From Heterodontus francisci (lineage: Eukaryota), in NCBI RefSeq assembly GCF_036365525.1, contig NW_027141363.1, positions 1,302,001 to 1,366,000 on the forward strand: 64,000 bases of DNA, given 5' to 3'. Positions 30,696 through 44,187 of this stretch are shown one piece after another. The notes under the pieces are model-generated. The model was not told the origin of the DNA. It saw nothing but the letters and a program-made list of their open reading frames with translations, and did not search any database. A program made the translations under genes and the position numbers. Numbering within the stretch: position 1 is the first letter of the stretch; each line of letters starts with the position of its first letter.

Positions 30696-31863
30696 AATCC
30701 CGCCCTGCACATAAAATGGAGGGAGAATTCCCGCCCTGCACGTAAAATGGAGGTAGAATCCCCCCTGCACATAAAATGGAGGGAGAATCCCCCCCTTCAC
30801 GTAAAATGGAGGTAGAATCCCCCCCTGCACGTAATATGGAGGGAGAATCCCCCCCTGCACGTTAAATGGAGGGAGAAATCCCCCCTGCACGTTAAATGGA
30901 GGGAGAATTCTCCCCTGCACGTTAAATGGAGGGAGAATCCCCCCTGCACGTAAAATGGAGGGAGAATCCCCCCCTGCACGTAAAATGGAGGGAGAATCCC
31001 CCCCTGCACGTAAAATGGAGGGAGAATCCCCCCCTGCACGTAAAATGGAGGGAGAATCCCCCCCTGCACGTAAAATGGAGGGAGAATCCCCCCCTGCACG
31101 TAAAATGGAGGGAGAATCCCCCCCTGCACGTAAAATGGAGGGAGAATCCCCCCTGCACGTAAAATGGAGGGAGAATCCCCCCCTGCACGTAAAATGGAGG
31201 GAGAATCCCCCCCTGCACGTAAAATGGAGGGAGAATCCCCCCCTGCATGTAAAATGGAGGGAGAATCCCCCCCTGCATGTAAAATGGAGGGAGAATCCCC
31301 CCCTGCATGTAAAATGGAGGGAGAATCCCCCCCTGCACGTAAAATGGAGGGAGAATCCCCCCCTGCACGTAAAATGGAGGGAGAATCCACCCCTTCACGT
31401 AAAATGGAGGGAGAATCCACCCCTTCACGTAAAATGGAGGGAGAATCCACCCCTTCACGTAAAATGGAGGGAAAATCCCCCCTTCATGTAAAATGGAGGT
31501 AGAATCCCCCCCTGCACGTTAAATGGAGGGAGAATTCTCCCCTTCACGTAAAATGGAGGGAGAATCCACCCCTTCACGTAAAATGGAGGGAGAATCCACC
31601 CCTTCACGTAAAATGGAGGGAGAATCCACCCCTTCACGTAAAATGGAGGGAGAATCCACCCCTTCACGTAAAATGGAGGGAAAATCCCCCCTTCACGTAA
31701 AATGGAGGTAGAATACCCCCCTGCACGTTAAATGGAGGGAGAATTCTCCCCTTCACGTAAAATGGAGGGAGAATCCCCCTCTACACATAAAATGGAGGGA
31801 GATACCTCTCTACGTATAAAATAGAGGGTGTTCCACCTGTACATATAAAATGGAGGGGATCCC
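30696..31863 (+). repeat. 30-bp minisatellite (unit 2)
   Basis: As in unit 1. Confidence 0.98.
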
Positions 31864-33650
31864 ACAGACACTTCACCCATTTTAAAACACTTTTTAAACA
31901 TTTTTATACCAGAAACAGGGCCGAGTATCATATAAACAGAGGCGTGGTCAAATACATTCTTAACTGGTGCATTGGGGTGAGGGGGAGAGAGAGACAGAGA
32001 GAGACAGTAAACTTTGAGGAGGACACAAATAGACTACAAAGGGAGCTGGAGAGAGACCGACAAAGGGAGAGAGAGAAAAAGAGGGAGAAGGAGAGATGGA
32101 GGGAGAGAGAAATAGAGAGAAGCAGAAAAGGTGTGTGAGAGAGAGAGAGAGAGAGAGAGACAGAATCATGGACAGAGGGGGAGAGAATCAGATAGGGAGA
32201 GAGACAGGGGGAGAATGAGATAGGAACAGAGAGAGATACAGAGACTGACACGCACACACACACAGAGGTGGAGGTTGCTGTCTCAATCCTTTGATCCTTC
32301 GGTTTATAACTCTTATTTGTCTGGAATTGGGTGTTGCTGAGAGAGTGTTTGTGTAACCTTGGGCAATTCCTGGACTCCTGCTGTGCTGGAGTTGGCAGAT
32401 TACACAGAGAGACAGACAGGCTGAGAGAGGGAGAGAGAGACACACACAGACAGGCTGAGAGTGAGAGACACACACACAGGCAGGCTGAGAGTGAGAGAGA
32501 GACACACACACAGGCAGGCTGAGAGTGAGAGAGAGACACACAGGCAGGCTGAGAGAGAGAGAGAGACAGACACACACACAGACAGGCTGAGAGAGAGAGA
32601 GAGAGACACACAGGCAGGCTGAGAGTGAGAGAGAGACACACACAGGCAGGCTGAGAGAGAGAGAGAGACACACACACACACACAAATAGAGAGAGAGAGA
32701 GCAGGAAAGGACAGGGTAAACACATCCACGCTTCCCAGTCTCTGGCTCTGTGTCGAGGGATGTATTTGGAAGACGGGGAGTCACTGAGAGATTGTTTTAT
32801 GTCAGTGTGTGAGAGAAAGAGCTCTGGGCTCTCGCTGTGTTTTATTTCTCTTCAAAAATGCTTTGCTGTGTTTGAATCAATTTTATTTCTCTTATTCCCA
32901 AGGAGAATCTTTTCGGACGATGCAGAGGGAGAATCTTTTGGCCGCGTGGAATTCTCAGACAAGGGAGGGAAAATAATAATAAATAGATATGTGTCATTGT
33001 CAAATTCATTTCTACATACAGAGCAGAAAACGGGGCTGATAGAAAAACAAAGTGCTGCAAATGCTCAGTATTTCGAACACACTTTTTATTTCACATTTCC
33101 AGTATCCGCACTATTTTGATTTGATGTTTTCCGGGGGGGGGGGGGTCTGTGGATTTATTTTATCCACGAGGGAGGGGGTTGGAGTGTTTGCTCCCAAAGG
33201 GAATAGTTTGGGAAGAGCTGCTCCAGGACAGTCAATGTAATTCCCTACATTTCCCCCCCTCTCTCTCTCTCTCTCTCCATCTCTTGCTGCAACTTGTTCC
33301 CTGAACCTTCTTCCTAACTTGTGTTTCTTCACATCTTTAAATCCCTATCTCTGTATCTCTCAACATCCTTTCTATCTCTGCCTGTCTCCTTGTGACCCAG
33401 GGGGAGTGGGAATATTTCTATTTCCCTCTCTATTACTCGCTCTGTCTCTCCATGTTGGGTCCCTTTAAGAATCTGGTGCCGACCCCACCCGAAACCGGGG
33501 AATCTCGGCTGGCGCCTTTTCTCTGACCCTTGATCTCCAGACACGTGGGGAGAGGCAGCCAATCAGAGCTCACACTGACGCCCTGGCGGGAAGGAGACGT
33601 CATCGGCCGCCATGTTTGCGTGTCGTCATCAGCCGCCGTCGAACAGAGTC

Positions 33651-34926
33651 CGGGGGAACTATTTAAATGTGGGACTCTGTAAACGGGGGAACTATTTAAA
33701 TGTGGGACTCTGTAAACGGGGGAACTATTTAAATGTGGGACTTTGTAAACGGGGGAACTATTTAAATGTGGGACTCTAAACGGGGGAACTATTTAAATGT
33801 GGGACTCTAAACGGGGGAACTATTTAAATGTGGGACTTTGTAAACGGGGGAACTATTTAAATGTGGGACTCTAAACGGGGGAACTATTTAAATGTGGGAC
33901 TCTGTAAACGGGGGAAATATTTAAATGTGGGACTCTGTAAACGGGGGAACTATTTAAATGTGGGACTCTGTAAACGGGGGAACTATTTAAATGTGGGACT
34001 CTAAACGGGGGAACTATTTAAATGTGGGACTCTGTAAACGGGGGAACTATTTAAATGTGGGACTCTGTAAACGGGGGAACTATTTAAATGTGGGACTCTA
34101 AACGGGGGAACTATTTAAATGTGGGACTCTGTAAACGGGGGAACTATTTAAATGTGGGACTCTAAACGGGGTAACTATTTAAATGTGGGACTCTGTAAAC
34201 GGGGGAACTATTTAAATGTGGGACTCTAAACGGGGGAACTATTTAAATGGGACTCTGTAAACGGGGGAACTATTTAAATGTGACTCTTCCGGGGGAACTA
34301 TTTAAATGTGACTCTATTCCTGGGGAAGTATTTAAATGTGACTCTGTAAACGTGGGAACTATTTAAATGTGACTCTGTTCCTGGGGAAGTATTTAAATGT
34401 GACTCTGTTCCTGGGGAAGTATTTAAGTGTGACTCTGTAAACGGGGGAAGTATTTGAATGTGACTCTGTTCCTGGGGAAGTATTTAAGTGTGACTCTGTA
34501 AACGGGGGAAGTATTAAAATGTGACTCTGTTCCTGGGGAAGTATTTAAGTGTGACTCTGTAAACGGGGGAAATATTTAAATGTGACTCTGTTCCTGGGGA
34601 AGTATTTAAATGTGACTCTGTTCCTGGGGAAGTATTTAAGTGTGACTCTGTAAACGGGGGAAGTATTTGAATGTGACTCTGTTCCTGGGGAAGTATTTAA
34701 ATGTGACTCTGTTCCTGGGGAAGTATTTAAATGTGACTCTGTTCCTGGGGAAGTATTTAAATGTGACTCTTCCGGGGGAAGTATTTAAATGTGACTCTTC
34801 CGGGGGAAGTATTTAAATGTGACTCTTCCGGGGGAAGTATTTAAATGTGACTCTGTTCCTGGGGAAGTATTTAAATGTGACTCTGTTCCTGGGGAAGTAT
34901 TTAAATGTAACTCTGTTCCTGGGGGG
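33651..34926 (+). repeat. 29-33-bp minisatellite (unit 2)
   Basis: As in unit 1. Confidence 0.97.
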
Positions 34927-35389
34927 GTCTTCAAATTAAAACATAAACACAGATTCATTTCCCTCCTCCTCCTCCTCTTGTCTGACTGTCTCAGGGTTTT
35001 TTTTGAATATTGTTCCATTCTCCACTTCTTCCATGTGTCTGAAGTCTTTGAAGTTTGTCAGACATTGGTAAACTACTTCATGTGGTGTTCTGTAAATAAC
35101 TTCCATTCTGTGTATCTGCAAGGGACACAATTCAAATTCTCACCTTATTGCATCAACCAAAAGCTACAGGTCCATTCAAACACCCCCTATTTCCTGTCTC
35201 TGCAAAGATAGCTCACACTTCCCCAATGCAGGAATGTCTGAATGGAAACAGCTTTGGACACATTTCCCAACACGTTTGCTAAAACTTTTCACGATGAAGC
35301 TCGATTCAACTGACAAGACTCCAAGCCCCAAATTGAATCTTCCCGATATAAAAAAAGTGACGCAAATGAAATCCCAGATCTCTCTGTCC

Positions 35390-38300
35390 CTGCAGAGTGG
35401 ATTTCTTTCCCTCTCTGAGTGAGAGGAACAGGAGGGAGAGAGACGCAGGAGACTGAGGGAATCAGAAGGGGAGAGGAGGGATTGCTGGCTGTTATCATTT
35501 TGCTTCTTTTGGGATCTTGCTGTGAACAAATAGCCTGCACAATTTTCCTACATGACAACAATGAGGACACTTTAAAATTCAGCTTCCTGAGGGTCTGAGT
35601 GTGGATTCTTCAGTGTTTTTACAAGAAGTTTGTGAATCTGAGGGTGAAATGAAACATACGGCAGCCATTTTAGCTTGAGAGTCAGTTCGCAGAGTGGATT
35701 TCTCTCCCTCTCTGACTGAGAGGAACAGGAGGGAGAGTGAGGGAATCAGAGGGGAGAGGAGGGATAGCTGGCTGTTATCACACTGCTGCTTTTGGGATCT
35801 TGCTGTGTACAAATGCCCTGAACATTTCCTACATGACAACAATGAGAACACTTTAAAATTCAGCTTCCTGAGGGTCTGAGTGTGGATTCCTTGGTGTTTT
35901 TAACAACAAATTTGTAAATCTGAGGGTGAAATGAAACATACGGCAGCCATTTTAGCTTGAGAGTCAGTTCGCAGAGTGGATTTCTCTGTGAGTGAGAGGA
36001 AAAGGAGGGAGAGAGATGCAGGAGAGTGAGGGAATCAGAAGGGATTGCTGGCTGTTATTACACTGCTGCTTTTGGGATCTTGCTGTGTACAAATCTCCTG
36101 TTGCATTTCCTACATGACAACAATGAGAACACTTTAAAATTCAGCTTCCTGAGGGTCTGAGTGTGGATTCCTTGGTGTTTTTAACAACAAATTTGTAAAT
36201 CTGAGGGTGAAATGAAACATACGGCAGCCATTTTAGCTTGAGAGTCAGTTCGCAGAGTGGATTTCTCTGTGAGTGAGAGGAAAAGGAGGGAGAGAGATGC
36301 AGGAGAGTGAGGGAATCAGAAGGGATTGCTGGCTGTTATTACACTGCTGCTTTTGGGATCTTGCTGTGTACAAATCTCCTGTTGCATTTCCTACATGACA
36401 ACAATGAGAACACTTTAAAATTCAGCTTCCTGAGGGTCTGAGTGTGGATTCCTGGGTGTTTTTACAAGAATTTTCTGAATCTGTGCGTGAAATGAAACAT
36501 ACGGCAGCCATTTTAGCTTGAGAGTCATTTCGCAGAGTGGATTTCTCTCTCTGAGTGAGAGGAACAGGAGGGAGAGAGACGCAGGAGAGTGAGGGAATCA
36601 GAGGGGGAGAGGAGGGATAGCTGGCTGTTATCACACTGCTGCTTTTGGGATCTTGCTGTGTACAAATCCCTGCACAATTTCCTACATGACAACAATGACA
36701 ACACTTTAAAATTCAGCTTCCTGAGGGTTTGAGTGTGGATTCCTGGGTGTTTTTAAAAGAATTCTCTGAATCTGAGGGTGAAATGAAACATACGGCAGCC
36801 ATTTTAGCTTGAGAGTCAGTTCGCAGAGTGGATTTCTCTCTCTCTCTGAGTGAGAGGGACGGGCAGGAGAGTGAGGGAATCAGAGGGGGAGAGGAGGGAT
36901 AGCTGGCTGTTATCACACTGCTGCTTTTGGGATCTTGCTGTGTACAAATGCCCTGAACATTTCCTACATGACAACAATGAGAACACTTTAAAATTCAGCT
37001 TCCTGAGGGTCTGAGTGTGGATTCCTTGGTGTTTTTAACAACAAATTTGTAAATCTGAGGGTGAAATGAAACATATGGCAGCCATTTTAGCTTGAGAGTC
37101 AGTTCGCAGAGTGGATTTCTCTCTCTGAGTGAGAGGAACAGGAGGGAGAGATACGCAGGAGAGTGAGGGAATCAGAGGGGGAGAGGAGGGATAGCTGGCT
37201 GTTATCACACTGCTGCTTTTGGGATCTTGCTGTGTACAAATCCCTGCACAATTTCCTACATGACAACAATGACAACACTTTAAAATTCAGCTTCCTGAGG
37301 GTTTGAGTGTGGATTCCTGGGTGTTTTTAAAAGAATTCTCTGAATCTGAGGGTGAAATGAAACATACGGCAGCCATTTTAGCTTGAGAGTCAGTTCGCAG
37401 AGTGGATTTCTCTCTCTGAGTGAGAGGAACAGGAGGGAGAGATACGCAGGAGAGTGAGGGAATCAGAAGGGGAGAGGAGGGATAGCTGGCTGTTATCATT
37501 TTACTTCTTTTGGGATCTTGCTGTGTACAAATAGCCTGAACAATTTTCCTACATGACAACAATGACAACACTATAAAATTCAGCTTCCTGAGGGTCTGAG
37601 TGTGGATTCCTTGGTGTTTTTAACAACAATATTGTAAATCTGAGGGTGAAATGAAACATACGGCAGCCATTTTAGCTTGAGAGTCAGTTCGCAGAGTGGA
37701 TTTCTCTCTGAGTGAGAGGAACAGGAGGGAGAGTGATGCAGGAGAGTGAGGGTGTCAGAGGGGGAGAGGAGGGATAGCTGGCTGCTATCACACTGCTGCT
37801 TTTGGGATCTTGCTGTGTACAAATAGCCAGCACAAATTTCCTACATGACAACAATGAGAACATTTTAAAATTCATCTTCCTGAGGGTCTGAGTGTGGATT
37901 CCTTGGTGTTTTTAACAACAATTTTGTAAATCTGAGGGTGAAATGAAACATACGGCAGCCATTTTAGCTTGAGAGTCAGTTCGCAGAGTGGATTTCTCTC
38001 TCTGAGTGAGAGGAACAGGAGGGAGAGTGATGCAGGAGAGTGAGGGAATCAGAAGGGGAGAGGAGGGATTGCTGGTTGTTATCATTTTGCTTCTTTTGGG
38101 ATCTTGCTGTGTACAAATAGCCTGCACAGTTTCCCTACATGACAACAATGAGAACATTTTAAAATTCAGCTTCCTGAGGGTCTGAGTGTGGATTCCTTGG
38201 TGTTTTTAACAACAATTTTGTCAATCTGAGGGTGAAATGAAACATACGGCAGCCATTTTAGCTTGAGAGTCAGTTCGCAGAGTGGATTTCTCCCTCTCAG

Positions 38301-41300
38301 TGTGAGGAACAGGAGGGAGAGAGACGCAGGAGAGTGAGGGAATCAGAGTGGAAGAGGAGGGATAGCTGGCTGTTAACACACTGCTGCTTGTGGGATCTTG
38401 ACCTGCACATTTCCTACATGACAAACAATGAGAACACTTTAAAATTCAGCTTCCTGAGGGTCTGAGTGTGGATTCCTTGGTGTTTTTAACAAGAATTCTC
38501 TGAATCTGAGGGTGAAATGAAACATACGGCAGCCATTTTAGCTTGAGTCAGTTCGCAGAGTGGATTTCTCTCTCTGAGTGAGAGGAACAGGAGGGAGAGA
38601 GACGCAGGAGACTGAGGGAATCAGAAGGGGAGAGGAGGGATTGCTGGCTGTCATCATTTTGCTTCTTTTGGGATCTTGCTGTGTACAAATAGCCTGCAGA
38701 ATTTTCCTAAATGACAACAATGAGAACACTTTAAAATTCAGCTTCCTGAGGGTCTGAGTGTGGATTCCTGGGTGTTTTTAACAACACTTTTGTGAATCTG
38801 AGGGTGAAATGAAACATACGGCAGCCATTTTAGCTTGAGAGTCAGTTCGCAGAGTGGATTTCTCTCTCTGAGTGAGAGGAACAGGAGGGAGAGAGATGCA
38901 GGAGAGTGAGGGTGTCAGAGGGGGAGAGGAGGGATTGCTGGCTGTTATCACACTGCTGCTTGTGGGATCTTGCTGTGTACAAATAGTTTGCAGAATTTTC
39001 CTACATGACAACAATGAGAACACTTTAAAATTCAGCTTCCTGAGGGACTGAGTGTGGATTCCTCAGTGTTTTTACAAGAATTTTGAGAATCTGAGGGTGA
39101 AATTAAACATACGGCAGCCATTTTAGCTTGAGAGTGAGTTCGCAGAGTGGATTTCTCTCTCTGAGTGAGAGGAAAAGGAGGGAGAGAGATGCAGGAGAGT
39201 GAGGGAATCAGAAGGGGAGAGGAGGGATTGCTGGCTGTTATCATTTTGCTTCTTTTGGGATCTTGCTGTGAACAAATGCCCTGCACAATTTTCCTACATG
39301 ACAACAATGAGGACACTTTAAAATTCAGCTTCCTGAGGGTCTGAGTGTGGATTCCTTGGAGTTTTTACAAGAATTTTGTGAATCTGAGGGTGAAATGAAA
39401 TGTACGGCAGCCATTTTAGCTTGAGAGTCAGTTCGCAGAGTGGATTTCTCTCACTGAGTGAGACAAAGAAAAGGGAGAGAGATGCAGGAGAGTGAGGGAA
39501 TCAGAAGGGGAGAGGAGGGATAGCTGGCTGTTATCATTTTGCTTCTTTTGGGATCTTGCTGTGTACAAATAGCCTGCACAATTTTCCTACATGACAACAA
39601 TGAGAACACTTTAAAATTCAGCTTCCTGAGGGTCTGAGTGTGGATTCCTGGGTGTTTTTAAAAGAATTCTCTGAATCTGAGGGTGAAATGAAACATACGG
39701 CAGCCATTTTAGCTTGAGAGTCAGTTTGCAGAGTGGATTTCTCTCTCTCTCTGAGTGAGAGGAACAGGCAGGAGAGTGAGGGAATCAGAGGGAGAGAGGA
39801 GGGATAGCTGGCAGTTATCACACTGCTGCTTGTGGGATCTTGCTGTGTACAAATGCCCTGCACATTTCCTACATGACAACAATGAGAACACTTTAAAATT
39901 CAGCTTCCTGAGGGTCTGAGTGTGGATTCCTTGGAGTTTTTACAAGAATTTTCTGAATCTGAGGGTGAAATGAAACATCCGGCAGCCATTTTAGCTTGAG
40001 AGTCAGTTCGCAGAGTGGATTTCTCGATGAGTGAGAGGAACAGGAGGGAGAGAGATGCAGGAGAGTGAGGGAATCAGAAGGGGAGAGGAGGGATTGCTGG
40101 CTGTTATCACACTGCTGCTTTTGGGATCTTGCTGTGTACAAATGCCCTGAACATTTCCTACATGACAACAATGAGAACACTTTAAAATTCAGCTTCCTGA
40201 GGGTCTGAGTGTGGATTCCTGGGTGTTTTTAACAACACTTTTGTGAATCTGAGGGTGAAATGAAACATACGGCAGCCATTTTAGCTTGAGAGTCAGTTCG
40301 CAGAGTGGATTTCTCACTCTGAGTGAGAGGAACAGGAGGGAGAGAGACGCAGGAGAGTGAGGGAATCAGAGCGGGAGAGGGGGGATAGCTGGCTGCGATC
40401 AGACTGCTGCTTGTGGGATCTTGCTGTGTACAAAAGCCCTGAACATTTCCTTCATGACAACAATGACAACACTTTAAAATTTAGCTTCCTGAGGGTCTGA
40501 GTGTGGATTCCTTGGTGTTTTTACCAGAATTTTCTGAATCTGAGCGTGAAATGAAACATACGGCAGCCATTTTAGCTTGAGAGTGAGTTTGCAGAGTGGA
40601 TTTCTCTCTCTGAGTGAGAGGAACAGGAGGGAGAGAGATGCAGGAGAGTGAGGAAATCAGAGTGGGAGAGGAGGGATAGCTGGCTGTTATCACACTGCTG
40701 CTTTTGGGATCTTGCTGTGTACAAATGCCCTGCACAATTTCCTACATGACAACAATGAGAACACTTTAAAATTCAGCTTCCTGAGGGTCTGAGTGTGGAT
40801 TCCTTGGTGTTTTTCACAACAAATTTGTAAATCTGAGGGTGAAATGAAACATACGGCAGCCATTTTAGCTTGAGAGTGAGTTTGCAGAGTGGATTTCTCC
40901 CTCTCAGTGTGAGGAACAGGAGGGAGAGTGATGCAGGAGAGTGAGGGAATCAGAAGGGGAGAGGAGGGATTGCTGGCTGTTATCATTTTGCTTCTTTTGG
41001 GATCTTGCTGTGTACAAATAGCCTGCACAGTTTCCCTACATGACAACAATGAGGACACTTTAAAATTCAGCTTCCTGAGGGTCTGAGTGTGGATTCCTTG
41101 GTGTTTTTAACAACAAATTTGTAAATCTGAGGGTGAAATGAAACATACGGCAGCCATTTTAGCTTGAGAGTCAGTTCGCAGAGTGGATTTCTCTCTCTGA
41201 GTGAGAGGAACAGGAGGGAGAGAGACGCAGGAGACTGAGGGAATCAGAAGGGGAGAGGAGGGATTGCTGGCTGTTATCATTTTGCTTCTTTTGGGATCTT

Positions 41301-44187
41301 GCTGTGTACAAATAGCCTGCAGAATTTTCCTAAATGACAACAATGAGAACACTTTAAAATTCTGCTTCCTGAGGGTCTGAGTGTGGATTCCTGGGTGTTT
41401 TTAACAAGAATTCTCTGAATCTGAGGGTGAAATGAAACATACGGCAGCCATTTTAGCTTGAGAGTCAGTTCGCAGAGTGGATTTCTCGCCCTCTCTGAGT
41501 GAGACGGACAGGCAGGAGAGTGAGGGAATCAGAGGGGGAGAGGAGGGATAGCTGCCTGTTATCACACTGCTGCTTTTGGGATCTTGCTGTGTACAAATGC
41601 CCTGAACATTTCCTACATGACAACAATGAGAACACTTTAACATTCAGCTTCCTGAGGGTTTGAGTGTGGATTCCTCAGTGTTTTTATCAAGAATTTGGTA
41701 AATCTGAGGGTGACATGAAACATCCGGCAGCCATTTTAGCTTGAGAGTCAGTTCGCAGAGTGGATTTCTCTCCCTCTCTGAGTGAGATGAACAGGAGGGA
41801 GAGAGACGCAGGAGAGTGAGGGAATCAGAAGGGGAGAGGAGGGATTGCTGGCTGTTATCATTTTACTTCTTTTGGGATCTTGCTGTGTACAAATAGCCTG
41901 AACAAATTTCCTACATGACAACAATGAGAACACTTTAAAATTCAGCTTCCTGAGGGTCTGAGTGTGGATTCCTTGGTGTTTTTAACAACAATATTGTAAA
42001 TCTGAGGGTGAAATGAAACATACGGCAGCCATTTTAGCTTGAGAGTCAGTTCGCAGAGTGGATTTCTCTCTCTGAGTGAGAGGAACAGGAGGGAGAGAGA
42101 CGCAGGAGAGTGAGGGAATCAGAGTGGAAGAGGAGGGATAGCTGGCTGTTATCACACTGCTGCTTTTGGGATCTTGCTGTGCACAAATCTCCTGTTGCAT
42201 TTCCTACATGACAACAATGAGAACACTTTAAAATTCAGCTTCCTGAGGGTCTGAGTGTGGATTCCTTGGTGTTTTTAACAACAATTTTGTCAATCTGAGG
42301 GTGAAATGAAACATACGGCAGCCATTTTAGCTTGAGAGTGTGTTCGCAGAGTGGATTTCTCCCTCTCAGTGTGAGGAACAGGAGGGAGAGAGACGCAGGA
42401 GAGTGAGGGAATCAGAGTGGAAGAGGAGGGATAGCTGGCTGTTAACACACTGCTGCTTTTGGGATCTTGCTGTGTACAAATGCCCTGCACAATTTCCCTA
42501 CATGACAACAATGAGAACACTTTAAAATTCTGCTTCCTGAGGGTCTGAGTGTGGATTCCTGGGTGTTTTTAACAAGAATTCTCTGAATCTGAGGGTGAAA
42601 TGAAACATACGGCAGCCATTTTAGCTTGAGAGTGTGTTCGCAGAGTGGATTTCTCTCTCTGAGTGAGAGGAACAGGAGGGAGAGAGACGCAGGAGACTGA
42701 GGGAATCAGAAGGGGAGAGGAGGGATTGCTGGCTGTCATCATTTTGCTGCTTTTGGGATCTTGCTGTGTACAAATAGTTTGCAGAATTTTCCTAAATGAC
42801 AACAATGAGAACACTTTAAAATTCATCTTCCTGAGGGTCTGAGTGTGGATTCCTGGGTGTTTTTAACAAGAATTCTCTGAATCTGAGGGTGAAATGAAAC
42901 ATACGGCAGCCATTTTAGCTTGAGAGTCAGTTCGCAGAGTGGATTTCTCGCCCTCTCTGAGTGAGACGGACAGGCAGGAGAGTGAGGGAATCAGAGGGGG
43001 AGAGGAGGGATAGCTGCCTGTTATCACACTGCTGCTTTTGGGATCTTGCTGTGTACAAATGCCCTGAACATTTCCTACATGACAACAATGAGAACACTTT
43101 AACATTCAGCTTCCTGAGGGTTTGAGTGTGGATTCCTCAGTGTTTTTATCAAGAATTTGGTAAATCTGAGGGTGACATGAAACATCCGGCAGCCATTTTA
43201 GCTTGAGAGTCAGTTCGCAGAGTGGATTTCTCTCTCTGAGTGAGAGGAACAGGAGGGAGAGAGATGCAGGAGAGTGAGGGTGTCAGAGGGGGAGAGGAGG
43301 GATTGCTGGCTGTTACCACACTGCTGCTTGTGGGATCTTGCTGTGTACAAATAGTTTGCAGAATTTTCCTACATGACAACAATGAGAACACTTTAAAATT
43401 CAGCTTCCTGAGGGTCTGAGTGTGGATTCCTCAGTGTTTTTACAAGAATTTTGAGAATCTGAGGGTGAAATTAAACATACGGCAGCCATTTTAGCTTGAG
43501 AGTCAGTTCGCAGAGTGGATTTCTCTCCCTCTCTGAGTGAGAGGAACAGGAGAGTGAGGGAATCAGAGAGGGAGAGGAGGGATAGCTGGCTGTTATCACA
43601 CTGCTGCTTGTGGGATCTTGCCCTGCAAATTTCCTACATGACAACAATGAGAACACTTTAAAATTCAGCTTCCTGAGGGTCTGAGTGTGGATTCCTGGGT
43701 GTTTTAACAAGAATTTTGTGAATCTGAGGGTGAAATGAAACATACGGCAGCCATTTTAGCTTGAGAGTCAGTTCGCAGCGTGGATTTCTCTCACTGAGTG
43801 AGAGGAACAGGAGGGAGAGTGACGCAGGAGAGTGAGAGAATCAGAGGGGAAGAGGAGGGATAGCAGGCTGTTATCACACTGCTTCTTTTGGGATCTTGCT
43901 GTGTACAAATGCCCTGCACATTTCCTACATGACAACAATGAGAACACTTTAAAATTCAGCTTCCTGAGGGTCTGAGTGCGGATTCCTTGGTGTTTTTACA
44001 AGAATTTTATGAATCTGAGGGTGAAATGAAACATACGGCAGCCATTTTAGCTTTAGAGTCAGTTCGCAGAGTGGATTTCTCTCTCTGAGCGAGAGGAACA
44101 GGAGGGAGAGAGACGCAGGAGAGTGAGGGTGTCAGAGGGGGAGAGGAGGGATAGCTGGCTGTTATCACACTGCTGCTTGTGGGATCT
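35390..44187 (+). repeat. ~290-bp satellite (unit 2)
   Basis: Monomer-for-monomer match with unit 1. Confidence 0.97.
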